Of a stretch of DNA of 32,000 bases, positions 31,305 to 32,000 are shown one piece after another. The stretch is from assembly GCF_000010625.1 (NCBI RefSeq), contig NC_010296.1:1800001-1832000 (forward strand), read 5' to 3'. Within the stretch, counting starts at the first letter, position 1. The number at the start of each line of letters is the position of its first letter. Origin of the DNA: Microcystis aeruginosa NIES-843 (GTDB lineage: Bacteria > Cyanobacteriota > Cyanobacteriia > Cyanobacteriales > Microcystaceae). The notes under the pieces were generated by a model that saw only the letters and a program-made list of their open reading frames with translations, was not told the origin of the DNA and did not search any database. Made by a program: the position numbers and the translations under genes.

Positions 31305-32000
31305 TTAAACCTTTAGCCAAGCAAAAATATCCACTGCTGATATTGACCAACGTTCTAATCCTTTAATCACTGCTAAAGGCTCATTATTTCCTTCAGTTGC
31401 AATATGTACTTTCGGTAATCCTGTTTGAAAAACGGTGACTGACTTGGCTGAAGGATCAATCAACCAACCTAATTCTGTTCCTTGTTGTAAACAGAAAATA
31501 ATCTTTTCCATCCCGGCTCTTCGGTAATTGTTATGCAATGGACGGGGGTTATAAGGGATGGAACCCTTATATAGAAAGGCATTTAGCGATTTTTGTCAAT
31601 TATTTTTGATCTAGAGCGAACTAATCAATTAAGTCTCTTACCAGATAAGGATTTAGTCGATTTATGACCCCCTATCGAACCATACCAAGTAACGAAGAAC
31701 CTCCATCCCTAAGGTAACAGATTGTTCAGGAGACATAATTTCAATAATCCAATCGGGATAACGTAAAAATTGATCGGCCATTTCTCCATCTAGATCTCTT
31801 GGCAAATTCTCCCAACGAATCACCGCAATATCTGGCACAATTGAACGTTCTGCAAAAGTACAACGCAATTCAGGTAGAGCATAAGCTAATTTTTGAGGTT
31901 TAGTCTGTTGATTAATGGCAGAGGCTAACTCAAATTGTAAGATGCTGTGTTTTCCTTTGGCCATAGGTTTTTGAGTGACAATTCCATGATAATATTCCCT
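31305..32000 (-). pseudogene. Uma2-family (DUF820) endonuclease gene interrupted by MITE-B; the 5' end runs off the window
   Basis: The upstream part reads ...EYYHGIVTQKPMAKGKHSILQFELASAIN...PDWIIEIMSPEQSVTLGME. The downstream part reads KIIFCLQQGTELGWLIDPSAKSVTVF...*. Removing 31515-31701 plus one 8-bp TSD is in frame (TTA GGG ATG GAA AAG ATT). Confidence 0.85.
31515..31701. mobile_element. MITE family B copy 2 (187 bp), 8-bp TSD TCCATCCC
   Basis: GGCTCTTCGG...CGAAGAACC with the TSD at 31507-31514 and 31702-31709. Confidence 0.9.

Overview
The window is a cyanobacterial chromosome segment. I infer a Microcystis-like genome from HIP1 GCGATCGC sites (e.g. 601-608, 9221-9228, 11264-11271, 26234-26241, 27378-27385, 30893-30900), a Ycf46-like ATPase, RRM-type Rbp genes, XisH/XisI, a PEP-CTERM protein and a very heavy MITE/IS load. 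Positions 1-14 kb are mostly housekeeping and cell-envelope genes: a partial Ycf46-like AAA+ ATPase; an arn-like sugar-modification cluster (cupin, DegT-type aminotransferase, an 874-aa GT-C/GT2 fusion, a membrane-anchored hypothetical); an Rpn/DUF4351 nuclease-like gene; tRNA-Thr(CGU); a small membrane protein; a 620-bp tandem duplication carrying two rbp genes; and glgP. Positions 14-32 kb are an accessory island of small nuclease, toxin and defence-like modules. These are a Gly-zipper protein plus a minimal RecB-like PD-(D/E)XK protein, DUF1349, xisH-xisI, DUF433/DUF5615, NYN-LOTUS, a J-domain protein plus Ser/Thr kinase, VapC plus a DUF2281-type antitoxin, a papain-fold-toxin-like protein plus a putative immunity protein, ParE/RelE plus antitoxin, and Uma2. 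Interleaved with them are three intact IS630-family elements, one IS200/IS605 element (intact tnpB, decayed tnpA), at least four MITE families and several unnamed repeat families. Four insertions can be reconstructed to the base from target-site duplications, and each restores an open reading frame (DUF433, VapC, ParE, Uma2). No CRISPR array, rRNA or prophage structural genes were seen. The best candidates for something undescribed are the Gly-zipper/nuclease pair, the shared 5'/3' flank modules that bracket unrelated cargo genes, and the stand-alone papain-fold toxin pair. All functional calls come from motif recognition by eye, since no database search was possible.
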